Of a stretch of 64,000 bases of DNA, positions 1-9,389 are shown piece after piece (positions within the stretch are counted from its first letter, which is position 1; the number at the start of each line of letters is the position of its first letter). The notes beneath the pieces were generated by a model. That model was not told the DNA's origin. It saw only the letters and a list, made by a program, of their open reading frames with translations, and did not search any database. Origin of the DNA: a virus (lineage: Duplodnaviria > Heunggongvirae > Uroviricota > Caudoviricetes); the IMG/VR virus record IMGVR_UViG_3300021255_004328; one strand, written 5' to 3'. Both the position numbers and the translations under genes were made by a program.

Positions 1-572
1 GATTTACGACCTAAGTCGCCTGTAAAAAGAATGTGCATCTTTTTGTTTTCTTTTTTGAAAAGTTTTCTTAATAATGACTTCTTTTTAGGAACTTCAATAT
101 CAATCATTGAAGAACCCAAGATGTGTCCTGCATCATAAAATGTGAATGTAAGGTTATCATTTACATACTTCTTTTTATGATAATAATGACAACGGAAGTA
201 GTCCATTGTATTTACAACGTCTTGTTCATTATAAGCAGGCGCGGGCTTTTCATATTTTTGAATCTTTGCTGAGTCAAGTAAAATAATTGAAGCAAGGTCA
301 CGAGTTGCAGGTGTTGAATATATTTTCCCTCTGTAACCATTTTTAACCAATTTTGGTAACAAGCCTGAATGGTCAAAGTGTGCGTGTGTTAAAAATACCC
401 CTGACAACTTATCAGCATCAGGTAATGTAAAATCTTTGTTTCTTTGATTAGCTTCTTGATTGCCTTGCCAAGCGCCGCAATCAATTAAATATTTTTCATC
501 GTTAATAGTTAACAAGTGTTTTGAGCCAGTGACTTCGCCAGCGGCACCATAAGATGTAAGAGATATACTCAA
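1..572 (-). CDS. Metallo-beta-lactamase-fold hydrolase, beta-CASP/RNase J-like N-terminal part. It is 3'-truncated by the window edge and starts with TTG at 572.
   Basis: The minus-strand translation is MSISLTSYGAAGEVTGSKHLL...LTHAHFDHSGLLP. It carries the HxHxDH zinc motif. GGAGGA lies 5 nt upstream of the TTG. The ORF runs off the window at position 1. Confidence 0.6.
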   Translation of the reverse strand, partial: MSISLTSYGAAGEVTGSKHLLTINDEKYLIDCGAWQGNQEANQRNKDFTLPDADKLSGVFLTHAHFDHSGLLPKLVKNGYRGKIYSTPATRDLASIILLDSAKIQKYEKPAPAYNEQDVVNTMDYFRCHYYHKKKYVNDNLTFTFYDAGHILGSSMIDIEVPKKKSLLRKLFKKENKKMHILFTGDLGRK

Positions 573-586
573 ATGAATCCTCCACG

Positions 587-841
587 TTAAAGCATTTCTT
601 CTAAGGCATTGATGTCTTTTTTCAAAAGAACCTCTTTAACTTTTTTATAAAAAGTTTTACAAGTAGCAAACATTTCTTTTTCAGTCATTTCATTGTAAGG
701 GAAGTTTCTTGAAAGAATTATTTGACTATCTGCATCAAATACAATAACTGCCCACATAGAAGGTATTAAATCAAATATGTAAGCAGTACCAACAGTTGTT
801 TCTTTCTTCGTGATAACACGACCAAAATCAGCTTCAACCAT
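587..841 (-). CDS. hypothetical protein, 84 aa
   Basis: ORF packed tightly on the same strand as its neighbours. Confidence 0.5.
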   Translation of the reverse strand: MVEADFGRVITKKETTVGTAYIFDLIPSMWAVIVFDADSQIILSRNFPYNEMTEKEMFATCKTFYKKVKEVLLKKDINALEEML

Positions 842-850
842 TTGCCATAA

Positions 851-1033
851 TTAGTCTTCTTCTGTAAGAACTAATCTGACTTTTCCGTCCTTAGCGATTG
901 TCTTAATACTTGTGGGACTTACAACAATATCAATGTTTGTATCAGGATGCTTAATGCAAACTTCTACATCAAACATTGCGTATCCCTGATGAGCAAGATC
1001 TTGGAGTTGATTTACTGCACTTGATAATTCCAT
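851..1033 (-). CDS. hypothetical protein, 60 aa
   Basis: Short ORF that follows a terminator and the GTTAATATA element. Confidence 0.4.
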   Translation of the reverse strand: MELSSAVNQLQDLAHQGYAMFDVEVCIKHPDTNIDIVVSPTSIKTIAKDGKVRLVLTEED

Positions 1034-1045
1034 ATAAGTATATTA

Positions 1046-1073
1046 ACAAAAAAGGACAGGCATTGCCTGTCCT
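1046..1073 (-). terminator. rho-independent terminator GGACAGGCAATGCCTGTCC followed by TTTTTTG
   Basis: Hairpin and T-tract seen in the sequence. Confidence 0.7.
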
Positions 1074-1093
1074 GAAAAAGTCAACTTTAATTT

Positions 1094-1309
1094 TTAGTCG
1101 TTAGCATATCCGAGAAGACGGCCAACTTCAATATGTGAACCACAGCCTTCGCCAATGCTGATTTTAACTTTTCTACCAACTTCGCAAGAAGAACTATAGC
1201 CGAGTGAGCCGCAGCCATAAGTAGATCTTGTATCGTAACTTGAGCCACATTCATTCATTTTGTAAACTGACTCAAATAATTTATCATTGTTGAAATAATT
1301 CTTAATCAT
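1094..1309 (-). CDS. small Cys/Gly/Ser-rich protein, 71 aa, with three GCGS repeats
   Basis: Internal repeats ECGSS, GCGSL and GCGSH and the pair CEVGR/IEVGR. Its start overlaps the stop of the upstream gene (ATGATTAA). Confidence 0.45.
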   Translation of the reverse strand: MIKNYFNNDKLFESVYKMNECGSSYDTRSTYGCGSLGYSSSCEVGRKVKISIGEGCGSHIEVGRLLGYAND

Positions 1310-1898
1310 TGCTTTCTCCTATCATAATATCTCTTAAGTCTTCCCACATATCTTCGGCATCATCGCCTGAAAGAGGAACCATTTTCAAAAACATTTCGTG
1401 GTCACCTTCAAGAACAAGTTTACGCACATAAGATGCAGAAGCTTTTGTTGTCAAGTCTTCAGAATTGTCATCACGAGCACCTGCGCTTTCAAATCTGATT
1501 GAGTCAAAATTATAATACATAGCAGGATTCTTTGCTTCAAATCCGTTGTACTTGCCAATCATTTCTGTAATATCGCCATCACCGCCAATACGGTCTTCTC
1601 CGCCAACATAGATTAAATCAGTAAAGCCTTGCTCATATATCTCGTGAAGCGCAAAGATAACTGTTTTTGCAGAAGACTCTTTTACACAATCACCAAAAGC
1701 TTTTTGTGCATACTTGATTTTCAATTCGTATGGGAGAGGATTTTTGTTTTCACCTTTCTTATCAACAGAATGAGATAAGTAAACAAAAGGCTCACCGTTG
1801 TTGTCAATTGCCAAGTCTTTTACGGTGTCAACCAATTTAAGATGTCCGATTGTTGGAGGATTCATTCTGCCCCAAGCAATAACTGCAGTCTTTCCCAT
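1302..1898 (-). CDS. NadM-like nicotinamide/nicotinate mononucleotide adenylyltransferase (cytidylyltransferase-fold nucleotidyltransferase)
   Basis: The N-terminus AVIAWGRMNPPTIGHLKLV contains the (H/T)xGH motif. SASYVRKLV matches the ISxTxIR-type motif. The size of 198 aa fits. Confidence 0.5.
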   Translation of the reverse strand: MGKTAVIAWGRMNPPTIGHLKLVDTVKDLAIDNNGEPFVYLSHSVDKKGENKNPLPYELKIKYAQKAFGDCVKESSAKTVIFALHEIYEQGFTDLIYVGGEDRIGGDGDITEMIGKYNGFEAKNPAMYYNFDSIRFESAGARDDNSEDLTTKASASYVRKLVLEGDHEMFLKMVPLSGDDAEDMWEDLRDIMIGESND

Positions 1899-2338
1899 TA
1901 CTCTTCCCCGTTATCTTCCTCGTGGTCTTCAATCTCTTCATCAGAAGGATTTATAATTTCCTTACCTTCGTGTTTTGCAACAAACTCAACAGCCTTGCCT
2001 GTAGGAATGTACTCCCATTTATTTGTTATACGAATAAAGCCGTCACGATGTAATGCAGTAAACTCACAAGAAAATTGTCCACGCGAATATGAAGGTCCCC
2101 ATAAAGCGTCAATAATTTCACGTCTTTTGCAGAATGGGTGTTCAACGATGTATTTGATTATTGCATAATAACCAGTTTTGCTGTCTGTTCTTGGACGTTT
2201 GTATGTCAAGTCAGCAGCTGCAGAGTGACTCCATTTCCAGTCACCACCGTTATATTTATATGATGGCAATACTTTTGTATTTCCAATTGTGAAGCCATCA
2301 GACTCTTTTAAGATGCTTTCAAACAATTCTTCTGTCAT
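1898..2338 (-). CDS. hypothetical protein with an acidic C-terminal tail (SDEEIEDHEEDNGEE)
   Basis: ORF that follows terminator T2. The acidic tail is reminiscent of SSB-type tails. Confidence 0.55.
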   Translation of the reverse strand: MTEELFESILKESDGFTIGNTKVLPSYKYNGGDWKWSHSAAADLTYKRPRTDSKTGYYAIIKYIVEHPFCKRREIIDALWGPSYSRGQFSCEFTALHRDGFIRITNKWEYIPTGKAVEFVAKHEGKEIINPSDEEIEDHEEDNGEE

Positions 2339-2369
2339 TGCAATGTCCTTTTTTATTTAGTTGTTTAAA

Positions 2370-2396
2370 CGAAAAAGACGGGCTTGCGCCCGTCTG
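2370..2396 (-). terminator. rho-independent terminator GACGGGCGCAAGCCCGTC followed by TTTTTC
   Basis: It lies after the stop of the 957-aa gene. Confidence 0.7.
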
Positions 2397-2414
2397 TTAT
2401 TATTTCAAATCAAC

Positions 2415-5288
2415 TTATATGTTAGTTGTTTGTCCAACGTTCTCGAATACGAGTACAACATATTCTGAGAATACGTTTACTTTTACTTTAACGTAAATGT
2501 AGAACTTCTTCATTGCTTTTGTTGTATCGTTGTTTACACCAGCAATATCGCAAACAGCTTTTGCCCAAATCTTGTTTGAACCAACAGTTCTCTTTGCAAG
2601 GATTGCTTCAACCTGTTCCTGACGAACTCCCATCCAGTAATCGTCAATAGGTTTCTTAATCTGCTGACGCATTACGTTGTCGCGGATTTCACGCTTACAG
2701 AGCAAGAATGCAAGTACGTGGCCGACTTCAGACCAGTCTGTTACGTTGTTAGGATCCTGAGTTGTCTTTGATGATACACACATCAAACCGTCATCAGCGT
2801 TATAAACGATTGGGTTGATGCCCTTTTCATCCATAATCTTTGTTGCTGTGTCAGAGAAGTTCCAACGAGCTTTCAAGATTGCACGAGGCAACTGACCACC
2901 CATATTGTTGTAGTTGTACCAAGCAGGAGCCCAACCACCCATCTTCTTTTCGATGATACGGCAGTACATCAAACCAACATCACCAATAGGCATCATCCAG
3001 AATGACTTACCTGTGTATGCATCGTAGAATTGGAATTCACCTGCATACTGTGCTGTCTGTTTAGAACGACCAGTAACAGTAAGTTTTGAAGGATTTGCAA
3101 ACTCGCCCTGAGTAATAAGCTTAGGAGAAATTGCCATTGCAAGCTTGTGTGTTTCAACAAGTGATGCGTGCTGTGTATGTACAAATTCCTGTCCTGTAGG
3201 ATCCATAAATACATAAACATCATCGTACTGAGCATCGAATGCTTCAGTCCAACCCTGTTTAACAATCATTTGGAACTCATCACGCCAAGCGCCACCAACT
3301 GTACCTTCTGCAAGGTTTTTCTCAACAGCATAAGTAGCATAACGCTGACCTTTAAGTTTGAGTTTGAATGTTACAGGAACAATGTTTCCTTCTACATCGT
3401 ATGTCAATTTGTCATCAACAATACGTTTCTTTGTATAGATACCGTGTGAGTCAAGATCTTCGTCAAAAGTCTTGTCAGGATGGATTTCAATGAATGACAT
3501 ATCGTCATCATTGAGAACATTTGGCCAATAAATGTTTGCACCAAAACCGTCCTTACCTTTTTCATCGAAAGAACCAGTGAACTCACCACCGCTCATCATT
3601 TCACCTGGGTAAACTTCCTCTTTTACAGAGAATGTCATTGTGTTGAAATTGATGTCTTTTACCAATGGATAGTTTGCATCGTCTTCTGTTTCAAACTGGA
3701 AGTTTGAAGGAGATACAACGTAAACGATTTCGTGGTCAATCTGAAGTGTTGTTGTGTTGTCTTCAAGTTCAGTTGCAACTTCAGCGTTGTTGTTCAAAAC
3801 TTTTACACCGTAAATCAAGATTGATTGTGTCAAGTAAGACTCACCAACATTTGCAGATGCCTTAGCAGCTGTAGGGAATTTTGTTTCATCCAACTCTGGG
3901 TTGTAAGAATACAACTTGATTTTCTTTGCAGCAGCAGCCTTTTCTGGAACGATAAGTTCATTGCCTGAGTAAGAACCTTCAATGTTCAAGAACAAGTTGT
4001 CGTCGTTGTTGTAGTTCAAATTGTCAAGAACTGAACGGTCAATTTTCTTGAGGTCACCAATGATAAGAGGAGCAGCAAAATCATACTTCCATTTATCATA
4101 ACCGATACCTGTGATGTTAACTTCAGTTGTAACCTCAGCAGGAGACTTCTGAACGATATATCCGTATGTATCAGCTTTTACATTGAGCAACCAAGTAATA
4201 CCTTGATAGCGGTTCTTTGGAGAAACATAAGTAGAAGTTGTTTCATACATTGTCTTTCCGTTAGGACCATCAACGATAACTTCAACACCAAGGAAGTTAG
4301 GGTCAACTGCAGCACCTGAAGCGCCGAATGAGTTTCCGTCTTCGAGATAAGCAACAACATCAGCCCAAGAATACTTTGAAGAAGCCATTGCACAAGCCAA
4401 TTCAACGTTTGGCAAGAGGTCTGTCAATGTTAAAAGTGGAGCATCTGAGTTGTTGTAATCGTTTGTAGATGTTGCTGTGATACCAAGCTCAGAAAGAGTT
4501 GCAAGAGCAGATGCTTGTCCTGTCTTGAATGATGAATTGTTGATAGCCCAAGAGTTACCACCAATCATTACTGAGTATGTGCCGTCTGCAGCTTTCCACC
4601 AAACACCACAATAGAAGTCTGTTACAACATCACCGTCTTTATTTTCAACATAAAGTTTATGGTCAGTCTTGTTTACAGAGTAGTAGTAAACGCCTTCTTC
4701 AAATCCAGACTTTCCGTCTCCCCAATAGTTGAGACCAATTTCCTGAACATTTGCCCAAACTTTTGCAGTAATACCTGTGATGTAAACTGCAACATTGTCT
4801 TTTGTTCCATCAGGAAGTTCACCTGTAGGATAACCTGAAGCACCGCCAACACCTTCTGGGTTAACGATAATGTTTACATTTGAGTCTCTGTAGCCTTGAG
4901 CACTTTCAAAGCCAACCTGAACCATTTGTGTATAGTCAACTACGTCCTTACCTGTAACATTGTAGAAGTCGATAAGACCTTTTGATGTAATGTAAGAACC
5001 ACCGAAGTATGAAGGATATGAAGCTGAAGAACCTGCAGGAGCAGAGATGTATAAACCATACTCTTGGTTGAAAGCTTCTGCCTCATAAAGGTCAGGCCAA
5101 TTTGATGTAGGAACACCAACCATAGCGTAAATCGCTTCCATATTACCTTTTTCAAAATAATAAGGATTCTTTTCACCCTTAGGAGCTCTTACAACCATAT
5201 AGCCCTTGATTGTGCTTGCTTCAGTATTGATTGTGAATGAACTGTCAATATCAATAAATTGCAAGCGCCAAGAATTTTTTGAACCCAT
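2415..5288 (-). CDS. large virion structural protein, 957 aa, possibly tail sheath or capsid-associated
   Basis: Long ORF that is Gly/Tyr/Ser-rich, with no enzymatic motifs. It is followed by strong terminator T2. The structural assignment is inference. Confidence 0.45.
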   Translation of the reverse strand: MGSKNSWRLQFIDIDSSFTINTEASTIKGYMVVRAPKGEKNPYYFEKGNMEAIYAMVGVPTSNWPDLYEAEAFNQEYGLYISAPAGSSASYPSYFGGSYITSKGLIDFYNVTGKDVVDYTQMVQVGFESAQGYRDSNVNIIVNPEGVGGASGYPTGELPDGTKDNVAVYITGITAKVWANVQEIGLNYWGDGKSGFEEGVYYYSVNKTDHKLYVENKDGDVVTDFYCGVWWKAADGTYSVMIGGNSWAINNSSFKTGQASALATLSELGITATSTNDYNNSDAPLLTLTDLLPNVELACAMASSKYSWADVVAYLEDGNSFGASGAAVDPNFLGVEVIVDGPNGKTMYETTSTYVSPKNRYQGITWLLNVKADTYGYIVQKSPAEVTTEVNITGIGYDKWKYDFAAPLIIGDLKKIDRSVLDNLNYNNDDNLFLNIEGSYSGNELIVPEKAAAAKKIKLYSYNPELDETKFPTAAKASANVGESYLTQSILIYGVKVLNNNAEVATELEDNTTTLQIDHEIVYVVSPSNFQFETEDDANYPLVKDINFNTMTFSVKEEVYPGEMMSGGEFTGSFDEKGKDGFGANIYWPNVLNDDDMSFIEIHPDKTFDEDLDSHGIYTKKRIVDDKLTYDVEGNIVPVTFKLKLKGQRYATYAVEKNLAEGTVGGAWRDEFQMIVKQGWTEAFDAQYDDVYVFMDPTGQEFVHTQHASLVETHKLAMAISPKLITQGEFANPSKLTVTGRSKQTAQYAGEFQFYDAYTGKSFWMMPIGDVGLMYCRIIEKKMGGWAPAWYNYNNMGGQLPRAILKARWNFSDTATKIMDEKGINPIVYNADDGLMCVSSKTTQDPNNVTDWSEVGHVLAFLLCKREIRDNVMRQQIKKPIDDYWMGVRQEQVEAILAKRTVGSNKIWAKAVCDIAGVNNDTTKAMKKFYIYVKVKVNVFSEYVVLVFENVGQTTNI

Positions 5289-5416
5289 TGAATATCTCCT
5301 TTACCCGAAGTCTTTCGAGTAATTTTAATAATTAGTCTATGAGTTTAAAAAAGCTATGGTGCAAGGTGATGAAAAAATTTCCTACTAATTATGACTAATT
5401 ATTTTAGGAGTTTATT

Positions 5417-5737
5417 ATGAAAAAGAAGGACTTAATTTCAATACGCGAAATAGCGGACGACGACACAACAATAAGTTCAACAAGATGGGCTTTTGCTTCT
5501 GTTGTAAAAACAGACCTTTATATTGTTACTATCACAATTCTCTCAGGCATAGTTGGCCACTTTTTGGGTAAACCTATTCCTAATGAGTTTTATGCTTCAG
5601 TAGCTTTATTGCTTGGAGTGATAACAGGTATAATTGGCGGAAACAAAGCATTGCAAGGTTTTGAAACAAAAAAGAATGATAAGCCTTCAATTACTAATGT
5701 AGAACCTAAGAAAGAGGAAGAAGACGAAGGGAAGTAA
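5417..5737 (+). CDS. small membrane protein with 2 TM helices, the only plus-strand gene; holin-like
   Basis: AGGAG lies 7 nt upstream of the ATG. It has two hydrophobic helices and a charged C-terminus (KKEEEDEGK). It ends at the bidirectional terminator. Confidence 0.55.
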   Translation: MKKKDLISIREIADDDTTISSTRWAFASVVKTDLYIVTITILSGIVGHFLGKPIPNEFYASVALLLGVITGIIGGNKALQGFETKKNDKPSITNVEPKKEEEDEGK

Positions 5738-5744
5738 TTTACAA

Positions 5745-5790
5745 TAAAAAATAGTCGGCCGAAGCCGACTAAAAATTATTTTTTATTTTT
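5745..5790. terminator. bidirectional terminator AGTCGGCcgaaGCCGACT flanked by an A-run upstream and a T-run downstream
   Basis: It lies between the convergent genes 5417..5737 (+) and 5776..5982 (-). Confidence 0.65.
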
Positions 5791-5982
5791 TAAATTTTTG
5801 ATTTCGTTTTTTATTTCACGAATGTCATCATACAAGATTTCTTGCTTTGCGTAAACCAACATAGCCCAACCTGCTGCAATATATACAACTTCATTAGTAC
5901 GGGCTCCAGCAAAAAGGTAAAACAAGCCGAAAACACCAATAAGAATTGTAATAATCATATTTATGACTTTCATTACACCCAT
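5776..5982 (-). CDS. small membrane protein with 2 TM helices, about 68 aa
   Basis: GGAGG lies 6 nt upstream of the ATG at 5982. Its start overlaps the nadD stop as TAATG. It is hydrophobic, with a basic C-terminal tail. Confidence 0.5.
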   Translation of the reverse strand: MGVMKVINMIITILIGVFGLFYLFAGARTNEVVYIAAGWAMLVYAKQEILYDDIREIKNEIKNLKNKK

Positions 5983-6566
5983 TACACGCCTCCGACATTG
6001 TTGTACCATTCTTTGTCAGTAAGATACATATCCATCAATTCTTCGATAAGTTTGTTTCTTGTATTTGTTGCAGAACAATCTTCAAACTTGTTTCCCATAT
6101 TTACTGCAAGTGCAGGAACATCTGTTCTCCAAACGCCATCACCTGCTTCTGAACCTTTACATCTGTTCGCAACGCAGAGAGTTGCAAGTTTCAAAATGTC
6201 TTCCCAGCGAGTCCAAGTTTTGAATTCCTTGTAAGAATCTTCGCCGATGATAAAGTAAAACTTGTCGTTAGGGTATTTTTCTTTGAAATACTGCAAAAGG
6301 TCAATTGTGCGCCAATTTCCGTCTTTGTCCTTTTCAACAGTATCAATCTCAACTGGGATATTGATACCTGAGAGGAAGTTTTGAATAATTGTTACCTTTT
6401 CATCGAAAGTAAAAAGATAACGCTTATCAGGACGGTAATAATTTACAGTTGTTGGGACGATAATAATTTTATCAAGATCGCACTGCTTGTAAGCATTCAT
6501 TACAACTGCTGCGTGTCCGCAAGTGAAAGGGTCAAAAGTTCCACCAAAGATACCAATTTTTGCCAT
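5982..6566 (-). CDS. nadD: nicotinate-nucleotide adenylyltransferase NadD
   Basis: GGTFDPFTCGH is the GGTFDPxHxGH motif. The C-terminal CSATNTR matches the SxTxxR motif. The length is 194 aa. Confidence 0.7.
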   Translation of the reverse strand: MAKIGIFGGTFDPFTCGHAAVVMNAYKQCDLDKIIIVPTTVNYYRPDKRYLFTFDEKVTIIQNFLSGINIPVEIDTVEKDKDGNWRTIDLLQYFKEKYPNDKFYFIIGEDSYKEFKTWTRWEDILKLATLCVANRCKGSEAGDGVWRTDVPALAVNMGNKFEDCSATNTRNKLIEELMDMYLTDKEWYNNVGGV

Positions 6567-6577
6567 TTTGTTTCTCC

Positions 6578-7219
6578 TTAGTCAAGATGATAGCCTGCAG
6601 CAAAAAGTGCAGCAATCCCCATCGCGTGTTCTGATATTTCAGATGTATGGTCCAAAAGTCTGTCGTAGATTACTTCACAATCTTCGTTTTCGTCAAGATT
6701 CTGTTCGCCTTTCTTTGCAATCAATTCATCAAGGTTTGGAATTGTGCAGCGATAGATTGACATTGTGTTGTTGAAGTATGCAGGATTTGGGTTGAAAGTA
6801 ATAAGATGCTTCAGCTCGATGTTATTTGCATCCAAGCCTGTTTCTTCTTTCAATTCCCGCAGTGCAGCATTCTTTCTTCCGTCTGCAATAATATCCCGCT
6901 TTTCGTCGTCGCTTATTCTTTTCCAAAGTTCGTTGAATTCTTCTTCGCTTTTTACAAGTGCAGCGGCAAAGAAGTCTTCTTTATCAACAGTTCCACAAGG
7001 GAACTCAATTGTCTTGTCTTCAAGGCCCCAGCGAGTTTGCTTGATAAGAACTGCTTTTGCATCGTATTCCCAGCAAGGCTTATCTGTTATGATTACCATA
7101 ACCCAGTCATTACAGTTAAGTCCTACAGGATTAAACTTTGTTCCTTCAAAAGTCTTTTTGACAACTGTGAACACAGGAGTCTTGAGCAATTCTTCTTCGT
7201 TAATCTTTTTCATTTTCAA
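6578..7219 (-). CDS. Nudix hydrolase, ADP-ribose or NADH pyrophosphatase-like
   Basis: The Nudix box RELKEETGL (REUxEExGU) with GRKNAAL upstream. It is adjacent to nadD. Confidence 0.5.
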   Translation of the reverse strand: MKMKKINEEELLKTPVFTVVKKTFEGTKFNPVGLNCNDWVMVIITDKPCWEYDAKAVLIKQTRWGLEDKTIEFPCGTVDKEDFFAAALVKSEEEFNELWKRISDDEKRDIIADGRKNAALRELKEETGLDANNIELKHLITFNPNPAYFNNTMSIYRCTIPNLDELIAKKGEQNLDENEDCEVIYDRLLDHTSEISEHAMGIAALFAAGYHLD

Positions 7220-7670
7220 TGTCCCTTACCATCTTCTGAAGTACTTTTGTTTCATCAATCAGCACAAGCTTGTCTGCAACTTCTTTCTTTGCAAGCATCT
7301 CTCCCATCTTATGATTTTTGTTGTACTTGATTAACTTTGTAAGGTCTTCAACCTTAGGGTGTTCAAGCTGTTCATAGTATTGAACGTATTCTGCATTGTG
7401 CTTTACATAAGATGACCCATCAATAAAGGCCGCGCCCACTGTAAGAAATATTATTGCACCTGCAAGCAATGCTAAACCACGAATTGCAAAAAGGGTCCAA
7501 TAATAAAAATGTTCAAACCAAGTTTCCTGATAAGCCATATCAGTCATACGGCGAAACTTCCGCCAACCGAATTTCTTTGATAAAAATACTGCCAAAAAAT
7601 GAATTGCAAAAAGTGCAAGGCCAGGGCAGACAAACAATAAAAAAGTATATCCTAAATACCGATAGTCCAT
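7200..7670 (-). CDS. membrane protein with about 3 TM helices
   Basis: Hydrophobic N-terminal half and a charged C-terminal half. Confidence 0.5.
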   Translation of the reverse strand: MDYRYLGYTFLLFVCPGLALFAIHFLAVFLSKKFGWRKFRRMTDMAYQETWFEHFYYWTLFAIRGLALLAGAIIFLTVGAAFIDGSSYVKHNAEYVQYYEQLEHPKVEDLTKLIKYNKNHKMGEMLAKKEVADKLVLIDETKVLQKMVRDIENEKD

Positions 7671-7679
7671 TCTGACTCC

Positions 7680-7826
7680 TTAAAAGAACTTGTTTCGTAC
7701 TTTCTTTGATACTGCAACGGCTACACAAAAGCTGATTGCAACACAACATACGATGAAGGCAAAACCGTTGCCTTCAAACCAAGGGAAGGCACCGTCTTCG
7801 ATAAGCCAATTAACAGCTTTCTCCAT
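7680..7826 (-). CDS. small membrane protein, 48 aa, below the ORF-track cutoff
   Basis: The sequence MEKAVNWLIEDGAFPWFEGNGFAFIVCCVAISFCVAVAVSKK. Its ATG directly follows the upstream stop. Confidence 0.35.
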   Translation of the reverse strand: MEKAVNWLIEDGAFPWFEGNGFAFIVCCVAISFCVAVAVSKKVRNKFF

Positions 7827-8243
7827 TTAAGCTCTCCAGAACCTTGGGTTCATATTGATGTCGATGTTGAAAGTTTCAATATCGTCTGCGCAGGCTCCGT
7901 TTTCAATAAGGAATGCAACATAGTTGTTTGCATCCTGTTCACGGGCAAAACGTTCAACTTTGTTGTTGTATTTTACTGCAGGAATTGGACGAAGGTCCTC
8001 TTCAAAGTGGATTTTCTTTGCCTTTTCTGCAGCTTCAAGTTTGTCAGCTTCCTGCTTCAAGCGAAGTGCCTGCTGAAAATACTGTTCTGCAAGATCGCGG
8101 TTTGTTTTTATCTGTGTAGCAACATCACCTGCTGGCTGATGCTGTGGTTCCTGTGACTTATTAGGTCTCTGACCGTCAAAACGCTGTGACTGTCCCTGTG
8201 ACTGAGCAATTGCTCCGATAAGAGCATTCAAAAATTCATCCAT
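7827..8243 (-). CDS. hypothetical protein, Gln-rich N-terminus
   Basis: ORF downstream of promoter family A copy 1. Confidence 0.55.
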   Translation of the reverse strand: MDEFLNALIGAIAQSQGQSQRFDGQRPNKSQEPQHQPAGDVATQIKTNRDLAEQYFQQALRLKQEADKLEAAEKAKKIHFEEDLRPIPAVKYNNKVERFAREQDANNYVAFLIENGACADDIETFNIDINMNPRFWRA

Positions 8244-8273
8244 TTGGTTACCCCTTTTTTAAGTTATTTACAA

Positions 8274-8310
8274 ATAATAATATAAAGCTACGGATGCAAA
8301 AGTTCATTTT
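8274..8310 (-). promoter_or_regulatory. Family-A sigma70-like promoter: -35 ATGAAC, 17-bp spacer, -10 TATATT
   Basis: The minus-strand sequence is AAAATGAACTTTTGCATCCGTAGCTTTATATTATTATTTG. It is one of 9 near-identical copies. Confidence 0.6.
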
Positions 8311-8671
8311 CTGTAAGAAGTTTATGAAGTTTGCAGTAATTATCAAACTCTTCTTTTGTCATTGAAGTTAATTCTGCAGTCAAATTTTGCATATCTTTGT
8401 CGCAGTACTGCTTGGCGCAGGCAAAGCCTAAGTCAAAACCCTTATCAAAAACAGCGATGTATTCAATCTTTTTGTCCTTTGGCAGGTCAGAGTCTTCAAT
8501 TCTTTTATGAAATTCAGCTCTGTCCCTTTCAGCCAAAGAAGCATAATACTGCCCTGTTTTATGTTCGAGTTTTGACTGTTCTACGCTGTCGGACTGCTTG
8601 TCATCATCAACATAATATCTTTGTTTTTTCTCGTGATCCCAAGCAGCCCTTCGTCCGTTATTCGCTGGCAT
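8288..8671 (-). CDS. hypothetical protein
   Basis: ORF with a TAG stop inside the promoter A motif. Confidence 0.55.
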   Translation of the reverse strand: MPANNGRRAAWDHEKKQRYYVDDDKQSDSVEQSKLEHKTGQYYASLAERDRAEFHKRIEDSDLPKDKKIEYIAVFDKGFDLGFACAKQYCDKDMQNLTAELTSMTKEEFDNYCKLHKLLTENELLHP

Positions 8672-9354
8672 TAGCTTACGCTCCTACAAATAGAAATCTC
8701 ACTCTTGCCTTTGACTGTGTGGTCTTCGTACTTGTCATCGCCCTTATAAGGCTCAAGTGATGCTTCTGCAACATAGTTGTATTTGATAAGAAGGTGCTTA
8801 AACCAGTTTGATGTTGTTGATGGAATAAGCTGTCCTGCAACCTTAAACCAATAAGGCCAATCAGTTCCTTTGATTACCAAAGGCTGCTGCTCTTTCTTTA
8901 CAGCTTCGTGCAGTTCTTTGAGTTTGTCGAGGTCTGTGTAATGGTAAACATCATCAGGCATACGACATTCAATAACAGGAATTTTCAAGCCCAAGCTTGT
9001 AAGCATATTGTAAGCAACATAAGCTTTTTCTTTATCAAGAAAGTCATCAACCCGTGTAAGTTTGTACTTTTCGATAGTGTCTTCCCTAAGCGCAAAATCA
9101 CGGATGCGATGGTCGTGTTCATACACTGTTCTGCCTTTTACTTTCTTTTCAGTTATTACATCAAGACTGTAATAACGAAAATTGATATTATGACAATTCT
9201 GAACACCAAAGCCGTTATTTTCTACATATCTGATTGCATCCGAATAGTGGTCCATATCCCACTGTTTTACGATAGCATCTTCATTGTTGAGTCCGCTGCT
9301 GCCAAAACCTGCCTGTCTGATAAGTGCAACATATTTCTTTTCTTTCTTAAACAT
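8671..9354 (-). CDS. hypothetical protein, 227 aa
   Basis: ORF with no recognisable motif. Confidence 0.55.
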   Translation of the reverse strand: MFKKEKKYVALIRQAGFGSSGLNNEDAIVKQWDMDHYSDAIRYVENNGFGVQNCHNINFRYYSLDVITEKKVKGRTVYEHDHRIRDFALREDTIEKYKLTRVDDFLDKEKAYVAYNMLTSLGLKIPVIECRMPDDVYHYTDLDKLKELHEAVKKEQQPLVIKGTDWPYWFKVAGQLIPSTTSNWFKHLLIKYNYVAEASLEPYKGDDKYEDHTVKGKSEISICRSVS

Positions 9355-9389
9355 TTAAAATCTCCTTGGGAGCCAAAGCTCCCAATTGT

